A program made the position numbers and the translations under genes. Of a stretch of 64,000 nucleotides of DNA, positions 39,599 to 51,750 are shown one piece after another. The stretch is taken from contig NC_087436.1 of assembly GCF_036321535.1 (NCBI RefSeq), positions 372,001-436,000 of the forward strand, read 5' to 3'. The notes beneath the pieces were generated by a model. The model was given only the letters and a program-made list of their open reading frames with translations, made no database searches and was not told where the DNA came from. This DNA comes from Camelus dromedarius (taxonomy: Eukaryota). Numbering within the stretch: the stretch's first letter is position 1; every line of letters begins with the position of its first letter.

Positions 39599-40567
39599 TT
39601 CATCTTTTTCTTTTTGCTTTAGCTGCCAAAAATCTTACAGCTGAATTTCTAGTCGGCCTTTAACACTTGCCCTGACTCCAGGGAATCCATTTTTATGACT
39701 TTACGTCCCCCTGGTTTCATTTAAGTATTGAATCTCCAATTTCTCTTCACTCTCAGTTTTGCCTTTTTGTTGTTATGGTTGTTAAGCTGTGTTTAAAAAA
39801 TTGTTTAAATTCTCTTTTAGCAGGAGGCTGAAAGTAAATAAATATGTAAATAAACATCACACTTAAATGCTTTTATACATTCTAAGCTGTTTAGTAGTTA
39901 CTTAAAAACTGGACTGATATTAAAGTTATAATATTTTTACATTATTTTTTAATTTTTTCTAAATGTATAGCTGATTTACAATATGATATGTTTCAGGTTT
40001 ACAACAGTTGCTCCATTTATACTTATTGTAAAACATTGACTGTATTACCTATGTTGTAAGATACATCCCTCTAGCGTGTTTACGTTACATGTAGCAGTTT
40101 GTATAAGAAAGTTGGGTAACACAGAGTCTGTGGCGTGGCTGTGTCTGACTCAGGTTCCAGGTCACCTTGCCTGTCAGACCTCAGGCCCTCACACCTGTCT
40201 GCAGGGCAGCGAGTGGAGGCAGCTCTCATCAGCGCTGGTACAAACCTCTGAGTGGCAGTGACAGCAGTGACTGTGGACGTGCAAAGTTTTGTTCCAGGAG
40301 ATTTACATGCATTTCTTCATTTATTATTTAAAGCCCTCCTGTGAGGAATCGTTTTATGTTTTTAATGAATAATACACTTTATTTTTAATTTGATAGACTT
40401 CAAACTTCCGGAAAATTTACAGGAGTAGTACAAAGAACACTTAGATACACTTCACATAAAAGGGCAGTATTTGTCCTTTTGTGTCTGGCTTATTTCAGCA
40501 TACATTTTTAAGGTTCATCCATGTTGTAGCCTGAAACAGTAATTTATTCTTTTGGTTTAATAATATC

Positions 40568-42030
40568 TTTTTTCTTTTTTTTTTTTTTGTTTTTGGTCTA
40601 TTTAAAAATGGTTTCATTGAAGTCTAGTCAGTTTATAATGTTGCATCAGTTTCTTGTTTACAGCACAACACTTCAGTTATATAGGAATATACATGTATTC
40701 ATTTTCATATTCTTTTTCAACATAAGTTACTATAAGATATTAAACATATTTCCCTGTACTATACAGTATAAACTTGCTGTTTATTCTATACATAATCAGT
40801 ATCTGCAAACCCTCAACTCGCAAGTTATCCCTTCCCACACCATCTCCCCTCTGGTAACCATAGTTTGGTTTCTATGTCTCTGTGGTTCTGTTCTGTAGAT
40901 AAGTTTATCTTTTTGTTTGTTGGTTGTTTTATTTTTTTTTAGATCCCACATGTGAGCGATCTCATATGGTATATTTCTTTCTCTTTCTGGCTTACTTCTC
41001 TTAGAATGACATTCTCCAGGTCCATTCATGTTACTGCAAATGGCATTATTTTATTATTTTTTATGCCTGAGTAGTAGTTTATGGTATAAATATACTGCAA
41101 CCTCCTTTTCCAGTCATCTGTCAGTGGACATTTAGGTTGTTTCCATATATTGGCTATTGTAAATAGTGCTGCTGTGAACATTTGGGGGAAGGGGTCTTTT
41201 TGAATTAGGGTTACTTCTGGATATATGCCCAGGAGTGGGATTGCTGGGTCATAGGGGAAGTCAATTTTTTGTCTTTTGGTGAATCTCCATACTGTTTTCC
41301 ACAATGGCTCCACCAAACTGCATTCCCAGCACAGTGTAGGAGTGTTCCATTTTCTCCACAGCCTCTCCAGCATTTATGGTTTGTGAACTTCTGAATGATG
41401 GCTATTCTGACTGCTGTGAGGTGATACTTGATTGTAGTTTTGATTTGCATTTCTCTGATAATGATATTGAGCATTTTTTCATGTGCCTATTGGCCATTTG
41501 TATGTCTCCATTGGAGAAAAGTTTCTTTAGCACTTCTGCCCATTTTTGGATTGAGTTGTTTGTTTTTCTTTCTTATGAAGTGTAAAAGCTGTTTATATAT
41601 TCTGGGAATTAACCCCTTGACAGTCTCATTTATTGTAAATATTTTCTCCCATTCCATAGGTTGTCTTTTTGTTTTGCTTACTGTTTCCTTTGCTGTGCAA
41701 AAGCTTGTAAGTTTAATTAAACCCCACTTGTATATTTTTGCTTGTATTTCTATTGCTTGAGTAGACTGCTCTAGGAGAACATTGCTGAGATGCATGTCAG
41801 ATGTTTTGCCTACGTTTTCTTCTAAGAGGTTTGTAGTGTCTTGTCTACATGTTTAAGTCTTTAAGCCATTTTGAATTTATTTTTGTGTGTGCTGTGAGGG
41901 AGTAGTCTAACTTCATTGATTTACATGTAGCTGTCCAGTTTTCCCTACACCATTTTCTGAAGAGGCTGTCTTTACTCCATTGTATGTTCTCACCTCCTTT
42001 GTCAAAGATTCAATGACCAAAAGTTTTTGG
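40568..42030 (-). mobile_element. 5'-truncated LINE-1 (ORF2 C-terminus, 3' UTR, polyA), relatively young
   Basis: ORF fragments EWEKIF..., [14 protein letters not shown]..., PYDPAIPLLGIYP..., MFTAALFTIA..WKQPKCP; T tract at 40568-40595; frameshifted. Confidence 0.95.
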
Positions 42031-42165
42031 GACTATTCTTGATAATTTTTTTACCGATTCATTGATGGATGGATATTGTTTGTAACTTTTGGCTACTCTG
42101 AATGATACTGCTATGAATATTGATGTGCAAATTTTTGTGAGAATATGTTTTCATTCTGTTGGCTG

Positions 42166-42311
42166 TACAGTTGGCCCGCCATATCTGTAGTTTCCACTTC
42201 ATGGATCCAGATGGCTGATTGTAAAGGGACTCAAACATCCTTGGATTATGGAATCCAGGGTGGTGGGTTCCTGAAACCTATCCCCCGAGGATACTGAGGG
42301 ATGACCCTATA
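42166..42311. mobile_element. MER2/Tigger-like TcMar DNA transposon fragment
   Basis: tacagttggcccgccatatc...ggatactgagggatgaccctata, imperfect inverted ends with TA flanks. Confidence 0.7.
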
Positions 42312-42757
42312 TGTAGGAGTAGAATTGCTGAGCCATATGATAACACTAAACTTTTGAGGAAACACCAGGCTTTTCCAAAGAAGCTGCACCATTGCCCCTT
42401 TCCAATGGCTGCATAGTGAGGGTTCCCATTCTTTTGCCTCCTGACCGACACTTGTTATTGTCCGTGTTTTCATTATAACCATCCTAGTGGGTGTAAAATG
42501 AGATCTCATTTTAATTTTGATTTGACTAGTGATGCTGAGCAACTTTTCATATGCTTATTGGCCATTTGTGTATCTATTTAATTCCTTGGTAAATTTAAAA
42601 GTTGGGTCGATTTTCTTTGTATTGGTCAGTTGTAAGCATTTGATTTATATCCTGGATATTAGTCTCTTATTAGATATATGCTTTGCAAGTTTTTTCTACT
42701 ATTCTGCAGATTGTCTTTCCACTTTACTTTTTTTAAACATTAAGACAATTTCTTTAT

Positions 42758-42849
42758 AGGGGAGGTAATTAGATTTATTCATTTATTTTCTTAATTTATT
42801 TATTTATTGCCAGGCATGCACTCTATCACTTGAGCTACCTCCTTCCCCT
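42758..42849 (-). mobile_element. Internally deleted Vic-1-like SINE
   Basis: ggggaggtaattaga tail joined to gcatgcactctatcacttgagcta head. Confidence 0.6.
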
Positions 42850-45800
42850 TTCATTTCACGTTCTTGATGATTTCTTTTGTAACAATTGGTTTTAATTTTG
42901 ATGAAGTCCAGTTTATCTGGTTTTTTTTTTTTTATCACTTCTGCTCTTGGTATTGTATCTAGGAAACCATAACCTATGCTAGGACCACAAAGATTTATAC
43001 TATGTCTTCTTTTAGAAAGTTTATAGGTTTAGATTTTATGTTTCTGTCTGTGATCCATTTTCAATTAATTTTTATTTGTTATATACAATAGGGGGTTTCA
43101 GATTCTAAATTCATTCTTTTGCCTGCAGATACCCAGCTTTCCCTGCACCATTTGTTGGATAGACTATTCTTTCAATGGAGTGTTGTTGGCACCCTTGTTG
43201 AAAACTGACTGTAAATGTAAGATTCCCCCCTGGAATTTTTACTGTGTCTCATAGATTTATGTATCCAAACTTATGACAGTACCATAATGACTTGAGTACT
43301 ATAGATTTGTAGTAACCATTAAAGTGAGCCCTCCAACTTTGCTCTTCTTTTTCAAGATTGTTTTGGCTGACCTGGGTCCCTTGCACTTCCATATGAATTT
43401 TGGGATCAGTTTTTCAATTTTTGAAAAGAAGTCAGCTGGAATTTTGATAGCGATTCCACTGAATTTGTAGATCACTTTGGGGAGTCTTAACATTTTTAAC
43501 AATATTGTCTACTATTCCATGAACATGGGATGTCTTCCGTATATGTTGATCTTCTAAAACTTTTTCAGTGATACTTCAAATTGTTTAATGTACAAATCTT
43601 GTAAATTTTTGTTAAATGTATCTCCCATTTTATTTTTAATGCTGTTGTAAATGGAAAGGCTGAGCTTCTTAAGGGTGGGACTATATATCAATTTGTTTAT
43701 TTCTAGGATTCCTACACATCAAATACACTAGGTTTATATTTGCTACATAAATCTATCCACAACTCTTCCCTCCCCTGTGTTATAAGAAACCAAGACCCAG
43801 GTTAAGCTACCTGAACACCTATGTGGAAGTGAGAAATGAGACCCTTGGGTGGGGCTCTGTGCAGATGATACTGAGAGCTTATGTAGGATGGCTTCATCTT
43901 AATTTCTTTTAAACAATCCTTTCAGTGTATATAGTCAGATACATTAAGAACATGCCCTTTTGATGTACAGAGGAGCTAAGACTATCATTTTCAAGTAATT
44001 TCTAGTGAGAACGTTGTACTTGAAACCTAATTTGTATCTATCTTTGAAGATTTATGTTTCAGGAGCTTTGACTAAAGAACACCTGTCTTTATTCAATAAC
44101 AACAACTAAATGCTCAAACAACATGTAAGAGTTTGAGCTGTAACTGGAGGCAGTGCTTACCTCTCCCAATACACATGTGCTGATCTGCTCAAAGGGGTTC
44201 GTCCAACTATTTGTCATTAGTCTGTTGGACAAAGCCTTAAAACATTGATTTAAGGTTGCTGGAATGCAACATATTCTTATTAATACTAAGTAAGCCCATA
44301 TTGAGTGCTTACTGAATGTTGGGAATTGTCCCTCAGACTCACATGAATTTTATTTCTCTGAAAACCGTACATATTTCCTTGTTATTCCCACTTTACAGAT
44401 AAGGAGACTGAGGATTAAGTCTTCTCTCTTTTTGGGGGAGCTCATTATCAATGACTGGAAGTTGTAAGAAATAAAGATATTGATTCATCCTGAGAAAACA
44501 TTTTTCTGAGAGTCAGCATTGAAGAAGGTGACCACTGAAGAGGGTGATCATTGTTCGAGTGAGACGAGCCCCGTGTGGTACGGAGTCAGCATCCCAGTCC
44601 TGGACACGGCACTGTGCTGCATGGTGGGTGAGGCGGCGTGGCCGTGCAGGGAACGAGGATGCCGGGCCGTTGGGCTGTGCTCAGGCCTGGTGAGGCTTTC
44701 TCTGAAGAGCAGTGGACCGTCATTGACAGATTTTAAGTAGGGGAGTGGGGTGCTCTCTTAGATCACATTTGTGTTTGTAGAATGCTTGCAAACATTCAGT
44801 AGGCTCGGCAGAAAGTGATGTGACGAATCAGAGTAGGGTGGCTGCGAGGTGTAGCAGTGTTCAGTTTTCAAGTGGTTTTCAGTCCCAGGTTTGTGGCTCA
44901 GTAGCCGTGGCACTTTGGATGATGCACTCAAGGAAGTGAAACAATTTATCTAATCAATTAAAGCAGTGATGTACCGACTTCCCAAGACTGCTGTGGCAAT
45001 CCAGTGAGATTACGTGTGCGCAGTGTGCAGCGTGGTCCCCAGCACAAAGACAGTGCTGAGTGAGTGCCATTGAGTACCTGGTAGGACAGGTGTGGGTGGT
45101 GGGACTCCATGACTGAGGAAATCTGGGCCCTGAACGAGGGGTCCAGTCACATCTGTGAGTGATGGGCCTGAGCTGGGGTAGGGAGGGAGACCTTGTCCCC
45201 CGACCAGGGGCCCTGGGCAGGACTGCTATTGGAGGAGAACCGTGAAGTCAGCTCTTTGCAGGAGGAGTTTGAGGTGCCCTTGAGACATCTAAGTGCAATG
45301 TCACGAGCTCAAAGAGGAGGTCTGGGCCCGGGCTGTGCATTTTCCTATAATCTCAATCCCTGAGGATGCTGAGGTTTTATCACTGAACGTGAAGGCATAC
45401 TTTACAGGACAAGTGAATAGTAGTATCATCTCTGTCATCAAAGCTCACGTCTTTTTATTCATCACTCACTTTGTTAATTGGGTACTTACAGAGCTCACTT
45501 TACCACCCTCACTTGGGTTCAGGCTCCACAGTAAAGAGCTGGTGAGCCTCCCTCTTTTCCAGAAGAAGACACATTTAGCTGGTAGCCTTCTGTACCTCGC
45601 CAGACTTAGAATTTTAGTTTGTTGTATTAATTCTATTTTCTGTTGGCCATCTCCTGACAGGAGAGACGTTTTACCTCATGATCATGTTTCAATTAGCTGT
45701 TACTGAGAATTGCTGATCTAATCCATAGTGTATGTATTATATTAATTTTATACAGTATTTATCATTTTTCTGTCTTTGTCCTTTAATTTTGTATGCCCCT

Positions 45801-46631
45801 TCAATGTTCTATCCTATTTGGGGCGTTATTTTTTTTAATTAAAAAATGTCTGTTAGCAGTTAAGAAAACAAAAACAAAGAAAAATGCACATGATACCTAA
45901 ATTTAGAAAATATCTAGTGTGTTTTCTGTCTCGGCAATGGAGTGTTCTAGAATCTCGTGAAAACCTTCATTACACAAGTTCCTTGAAATGCTGATTAAGA
46001 AATAAGACCTTCCTTCCTCATCTTTCAAGCTACACAGCTAATTGTCAAGAAAGTGAGGGGAAATCCTCAGAAGCCAAGACAAACCAGAAAGCAGGGATTC
46101 TGGGAGATAAGCGAGCCTTAGAAGCCCTGGGGTGCCTGTTGGCTCCTGAACTGAGTTTTAGTTGCCCTGACAGGAGGGCAGGAGGTGAGCCCAAGTCCTC
46201 TCACACTGGGAGTTGGATGGCTGATCATATGTAAGGCCAAGCCCATCCCGAGAAGCCTGGTTTACTAAAGGTTGAACTTGGGAAAAAAATCCTCAAGGCA
46301 AGAAAGTAAGGAATGTCAATATTTTTGGAAGAGTGGAAAAATAACAAATCCAAAGTAAGGATATAGTTTAAATCTGTTCTGGCATGAGAGTGACCACAAA
46401 CTCCTGGCAGAAAAGCACAGCTATTCCTGGAATGAGAAGTTGTGTTTTGAGTGGATCAGTGAACAGCCATTCCGAAAAAGGCCTCCAGAGTATTGTGGAT
46501 CAAGATACTGGACCACAAACACATCTCTTCCAAAGGTCATTTAAATAACCAGAAATTTTTTAAAGGAAAGAAGCCACAATCATATTTCTATTTATTGACA
46601 TTACTATATGCTAGGAATTCAGAGGTAACTA

Positions 46632-47000
46632 TGTGAAGGAAACTTAGCATAGAAGCTGTGGATGTGCCTGCACGCAGGACATTTCACAGAAGTGGCCGGA
46701 CTTGTCTGCAAACAGAAATTCCTTCCAAGGGACTCTGCCCGTTCCCAGGGGAAACATTGCTTGCAGACAAGAATGTTTAGTAGTTCCTCAAAAGGAACAG
46801 GCCTGGGAACAGGAGAGTCTGAGTGTAATTAAGATAAGGAAGCCTTAGATGTAGTGCACATGTGTCAACCTAAAAAATGTTTACTCTCTGTGCTTGGCAA
46901 GAGTTACTCCTTTGTGTAGATGGTATAAAAAATAAAGGAACCCGAATCTCGGGAGACATTTTGCACCACAGCAGCTCTCTGATTCATTTCGTCGGCAACA
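46632..47000 (+). mobile_element. Solo LTR
   Basis: TG...CA, perfect 4-bp TSD ACTA, TATAAAA/AATAAA near 46924-46936. Confidence 0.85.
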
Positions 47001-47086
47001 ACTATGGAGTTGTCTCCTATTTTATGGACCTTACTTTCTCTTTGGGGAGACAAACTGACATAGTCGGGGAGCTTGGTAGAGGGAGG

Positions 47087-47795
47087 TGTTAGTCTGTTGC
47101 AATTAGCCAGGAGAGGAGATTAAGAAAGCAGTGAAGGGTGGGTGAACTTTTTAGCTGAGGACAGACAGTCTTGTTCAGTTGGCTTTTAATTGCAGGCTCA
47201 ATGAGTAGTCACTGGAGGGAATAGATCTTACGGAGGATGGACTTAGCTCAGGCCTCTTTAGAATGGACAAGTGAACCTGGAGAAAGACAGTCAAATCTGT
47301 GCAGACATTGAAGTTCACTTGAACGTGCTGTATCCCTGAGCCAAATATCGGACAAGAAGAAAGCACTTCTTGAGGACAGAGGAGTGGTTTTTAAGGTTCT
47401 CCAAGAATGAATCCCAGGGAACCGAGATGGCCAGTTGTCAAACTGTGACTTTGCAATTTGGAAGGTGTATCCACCAAGGTTATTGGCATTTTATGGGTTT
47501 CCATTTCTCGTTAATACATGTCAGGTGATGAGGACGTGGACACACGTGTTTGACACCTTGTCGAGGTGACTTTGGGTTCCTGCCTAGAAGCATGGGCACA
47601 GCTGCGGCTGCGTCATACATCTTGCCGCCCATCCCGCTCCCCGGCTCCGTGATCACTGCAGAGTCGTCCCTTGTTAACCTGTCCATCTCCTCTGTGACAT
47701 CATAACCCATGAAAAGACCAGAGCGTATTAACTTGACTTTCTTAAAGTCAAAAGAACAGATCTAATATGGAGTCAGATTTGTTTTTCCTATTTCA
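47087..47795 (-). mobile_element. Probable solo LTR related to the 24-kb and 48.5-kb LTRs
   Basis: - strand start tgaaataggaaaaacaaatctgactccatattagat matches the 5' end of 48549-49032; left boundary tentative, no TSD. Confidence 0.55.
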
Positions 47796-48051
47796 GTAGT
47801 GCCATGGAGAAGGAAGTTTGGGCAGCTTTTTGTAGGGTCCTGGAGGATTTCTCTCTCAGCGTCTGGGTGCCTCTATTGAAAACCCTTCATAGCTGTCTGG
47901 CATGCTGTAAAACCACTCCACCTGTTTTGCCCTGAAGATGTGTTCAGTTTATAACTCATCTCTACTCCTTGGAAAACAACTCAATAAAAACTCAGTTGGT
48001 TTTCCACCAGCCATGGGCAGGGATGAGGGATAGCATGTTACTATTTTATAA

Positions 48052-48093
<42 letters not shown>

Positions 48094-48161
48094 TAATAAT
48101 AATAATAATATTAATAAATAACAACAACAACAACAATAATAATAATAAAATTAATAATAAT
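48052..48161. repeat. (AAT)n/(AAC)n compound microsatellite
   Basis: Directly visible. Confidence 0.97.
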
Positions 48162-48548
48162 AAAAGAAGTTTTAAAACAGCACTGGGCACATAGGAGAGA
48201 GTCAATAAATGCTTCCTGGCTGAAATCAAAAGTGATGGCTCAGTGATTCCATGGCTGCTGTATTTGCTGAACTTGTTACTCCTTTGCTCCATTACACTTT
48301 TTTTAAACTGAAAAAGAAACACATGCATATGGTTAAAAACAATTCAAACAGCACAAAAATACACAAGTGAAAGAAGTTTTCCCTCATCCTCTGTTCTTCC
48401 AGCCGTCCCTGGAGATGCCACTGTTTACTATCCTTTGGGTGCTTTTCCAGATATGCTATGCACATTCCCACCTATGCATGTAAATTCCTTTAAAGTTTTA
48501 GTTATTTTTAACTTAAAGGGATTTAAATCCTCAAGTGGCTTCTGCCCG

Positions 48549-49032
48549 GGTAATGGAACAGAACAAATCTGACTGCATATTAGATTTTTTCATTTGACTT
48601 TAACCGTATGCTCTTTCTCCTAGGCTTCATCTTGCTTGTAAAATAGTGTTGCCTATAGCCTGAAATATACAGAAGAGCCTATTCTGAAGGCTCTGACCTT
48701 TAAGGATATTTAACACTTTTCCTTTCATAAAATGATAACAAGTTACAGAATAGAAAATAACTTTTGTTTTGTTGGAGGTTTACAGAGATTTGACCCAGGC
48801 AGATAGCTGCAAGAACAAAGGATTCTAACAACAAGGAATTCCTACACCAAGAAGTTTGCAACAACCAAGCACGTAGGAAACGAGCCTGAATTCTGACTTG
48901 GGGAGATGGTTTTCCAGGACATTAGTTTGCCATCTAGCTCTACAGAAACTTGCTTTTCCATGCCGCAGCAGCGGGTCTTCCAACTTATTGGCCTGTCCTG
49001 CACTGAGGAGAATGAATTTGGACTCGGTAACA
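48549..49032 (+). mobile_element. Solo LTR just upstream of the TRAPPC9-like promoter
   Basis: Shares gcctgaaatat..gcctattctg..ggctctga.ctttaaggat and gaattctgacttgggga blocks with the 24-kb LTR; ends GGTAACA. Confidence 0.8.
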
Positions 49033-49369
49033 CTCCTATCTACCTAGCAAGCTGGGCACTGGAACTGAGGACAGCTCTCCCACACCCAGGAACCTACTGT
49101 GAGCCCTTGATGGTTACACTTGGGTTAGGTGTGTTTTACCCAGGAGGGATGGGACTATGCACCAAAAATCAGGCAGTCTGCTCTGTCTGGGGCTCTGATC
49201 GTGTACCTCCCGCTCCCCGCAAGGCCAACACCTGGGACAGTGGAGCTAAGGCAGAGATCGTGCCTGCCTGTTTCCCAGCCTGTAAAAGGGGAATATGTAC
49301 ACTTCCCAAGGTAGTTCTGAGAGACAACACCTGCGGGTGCTTGGTTCCCAGAGCTAAAGGAAACCCAGC

Positions 49370-50450
49370 TCCGCGTGGGGACAACGGGTGTGATCCCCGT
49401 AGGGGTTCTGCAGAGGCATCGGCTGGAGGGCTGGACCAGGGAGGTAAAACTTGAGCTGCGGGCCTTGAAGGGTTACAGAATGGTACAGAGGCAGGACTGC
49501 CGCCTCCTTCGGGGTGCCCCAGAAGTAAAGCTTTTTATTTACATCTCCGCTACTCCCCTCCCCTCTCCAGATCCCTACCTACTCTCTGCTCCTCCTGTCC
49601 ATCTGTCTCCCTCCACTTTTCCCCTCCTCTCCTCCTCCCCCATCTTCACCCTCCATCGATGCCCCAGCCTCTATCACAGAAACTAGAGGATCTCTGGCCT
49701 TCCTACGCATGCGCAGTCGGTGCCAGCTGGACCGCGGGTTGAAAGCTCCAGCTCCGAGCTGGGAATCGGCCACAAAGTCTTCTCAGCTCTGTCGCTCGGT
49801 AGGCCTTTGGCTCCTGCCCGAGGCCGGGGCCTCTGGCTGTGGAAATGCAAGGTGGGGGCTCCCGGGAAAGGGCTCAGGCGGCTGCGGGAGGGCGGTCCTC
49901 GTGTCAAAGCCCGCGAGGGAGCGAGTCTGCGTGTGTTCAGCTGAATTGCTCGGGCCAGACCCCTCTGCTCGCGCCACCTACCCCGGCGCCCCGGCCACAG
50001 CTGTCCAGTGCCAGGTGTGCACCTGCCGCTTCTCGCCCCAGCCAGGCTCCCCTCAGTCCGCGGCTGGCGACACCTTCCCCTCTCCCGCCCACGAGTCCTA
50101 TCCTCCCGGGCTTCCTCTCCTTGGACGCCGGCTTGTCCCTGCCCCTGTGAGGGCTGTGTCCCGGGTGGGCGGGTTCTGCGGACCCGATCTGGGGGGCGGG
50201 CGGCTGGGGCTCGGGCTGGCCTCCGAGCAGGGCTGCAGCCCGCGCCCCCCCACGCTTTCCCTGCCCTGTGACCACGGGGCTGCCCTCCTCTCCCTTTCCA
50301 GCTCCCTGAGGACAAGCTCAGCGGCATGCGCCCTGCACCACGGGCTTAGAGCCTCCGGCTGTAAAGCCCAGTTTCTCCTGGTGGAGTCTGGAAAAGGGAG
50401 CGCCAGTGCTGAGGGAGTTTCCGTCTCCCCCCTCAGTGTTTCTGCCCCAG
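49370..50450 (+). promoter_or_regulatory. TRAPPC9: CpG island / duplicated TRAPPC9 promoter and exon-1 region
   Basis: Largest GC/CpG-rich block in the window. NRF1-type CGCATGCGCA at 49706-49715, GC box near 50195, donor-like CAG|gtgtgc (~50013) and CAG|gtaagt (50450). 49441-49470 encodes EVKLELRALK, matching recalled EVKFELRALK of the long human TRAPPC9 isoform. Lies 4 kb upstream of the coding exon. Confidence 0.8.
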
Positions 50451-50844
50451 GTAAGTACCTTGAACAATTTCAGGTGTTATGATGGCGGTGCTTGTTGATG
50501 TCACGTGTTTTTATAGTGCCAGGAATTACAGTGTTGAAAGCAGGGCTTGGTTCAGTTAAAAATGAGCTGAAGGCATGAGGCTGTGTCATGCTCCTTCCTT
50601 CCCTTTCCCAGGGTGAAACGTGTGACAGTCGATTTTAAAAACATAGTTACAGTCCCTAACTAGCCCAGCCCAGCTAGTGTGTGTTAACAGGAACAGCACC
50701 ACCAGAGGCGTTGGAGACCCAGGGACATTGCAGTCCTAAAAAGCTCCTGGCACAGTTTAGTTTGTTTTGGTTTTTTGTTTTTATTAAATTGTGGGGTAGA
50801 CTAGTTGTATATAGGGAAAAATAATTGTCAAGGAATATTTTTTC

Positions 50845-50990
50845 ATATAACAGCTTTATTGTGATATTGTTCACACACCATGAAGTCCACCCATTTAAAT
50901 GGTACAATTCAGCAGCTTTTAGCATATTCACAGTGGTGCAACCATTATTATTCCAGAACGTTTTCATCACTTCAGAAAGAACAGTGGAAA
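50845..50990 (-). mobile_element. L1 3' end fragment
   Basis: cagctttattgtgatat...cccatttaaatggtacaattcag...ttccagaacgttttcatcac. Confidence 0.75.
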
Positions 50991-51479
50991 TGAATGACCT
51001 ATCCACCCCTCCCCAGTGGTGGTTCTAAAGAAGTTTCTTGGCTGTTCCTGACCATAAATTAACTTGTTACATTCCATGAAAAGCCTGGTAGGAATTCTAA
51101 TCAGAATTGCATTGAATCTGTCTATCAAAACAGGAAGAATAAATGTCTTTATGGCATAAACTTCTTCTACCTATGAATATATCTGGGACCCTATCTTTTC
51201 ATCTCTCCAGATCCTGGCCCATGGGAAGTCCTCACTAATTGTTGGGCTTGTGAATGATGAGATTCTATACATCATTAGTTGCCACTGTAGCCTTTTACAG
51301 AAGAGAAAAGTAACCTCAGTGAAGCCAAGTGACTGTCTGATGGTCAGAAAGAGTGACAGTCATTGCTGGAGTGATCCAGTGGACTTGGTGCTTGTAACCA
51401 GAATTCTCCACCACCTACAGCTAAGGGGATAAGAGTGTTCTTTAATTTTATCTTAATGGCGTTGATTTTATTTATACTT

Positions 51480-51750
51480 ATTTTTTAAAATTATTTTTAT
51501 TGAAGTGTAGTCAATTTACAATGTTAGTTTCAGGTGTACAGCAGAGATTCAGTTATAAACATATGCATATGTATATACATTTGTTTTAGATTGTTTTTAG
51601 CACAACTCATTACAAGAAATTGAATATAGTTCCCTGTGCTATATAGTAGGTCCTTGTCATTTATTTTATATTTATTAATGTGTATCTGTTAATCCCCCCT
51701 TTCCTGCCTGCTAACCACAGTTGGCTTTCTATGCCCATGAGTCCATTTCT
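51480..51750 (-). mobile_element. L1 3' UTR fragment related to the 40.6-kb L1
   Basis: ttgaagtgtagtcaatttacaatgtt...ttccctgtgctatata shared with 40616-40770. Confidence 0.75.

Larger units (their letters stand above)
42040..43657 (-). mobile_element. Older L1M element, split by the younger L1 (other part ~40360-40565)
   Basis: ORF 43299-43502 LPKVIYKFSGIAIKIP..FF..IEKLIPKFIWK.K.PR.AKTILKKK is L1 ORF2. Confidence 0.9.

Noticed and set aside
40587..41795. ORF cluster as a gene or active L1
   Set aside because: Frameshifted pieces of a 5'-truncated L1 and their antisense frames
48041..48328. Poly-Leu/Ile/Tyr ORF
   Set aside because: Translation of the (AAT)n microsatellite
48906..49454. 182-aa ORF from the LTR into the promoter
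   Set aside because: No recognisable domain; not in the EVKLELRALK frame
49683..50482. Longest ORFs (257 aa +, 214 aa -)
   Set aside because: Overlapping low-complexity G/P/A/R ORFs on both strands, expected in a CpG island; no recognisable domain
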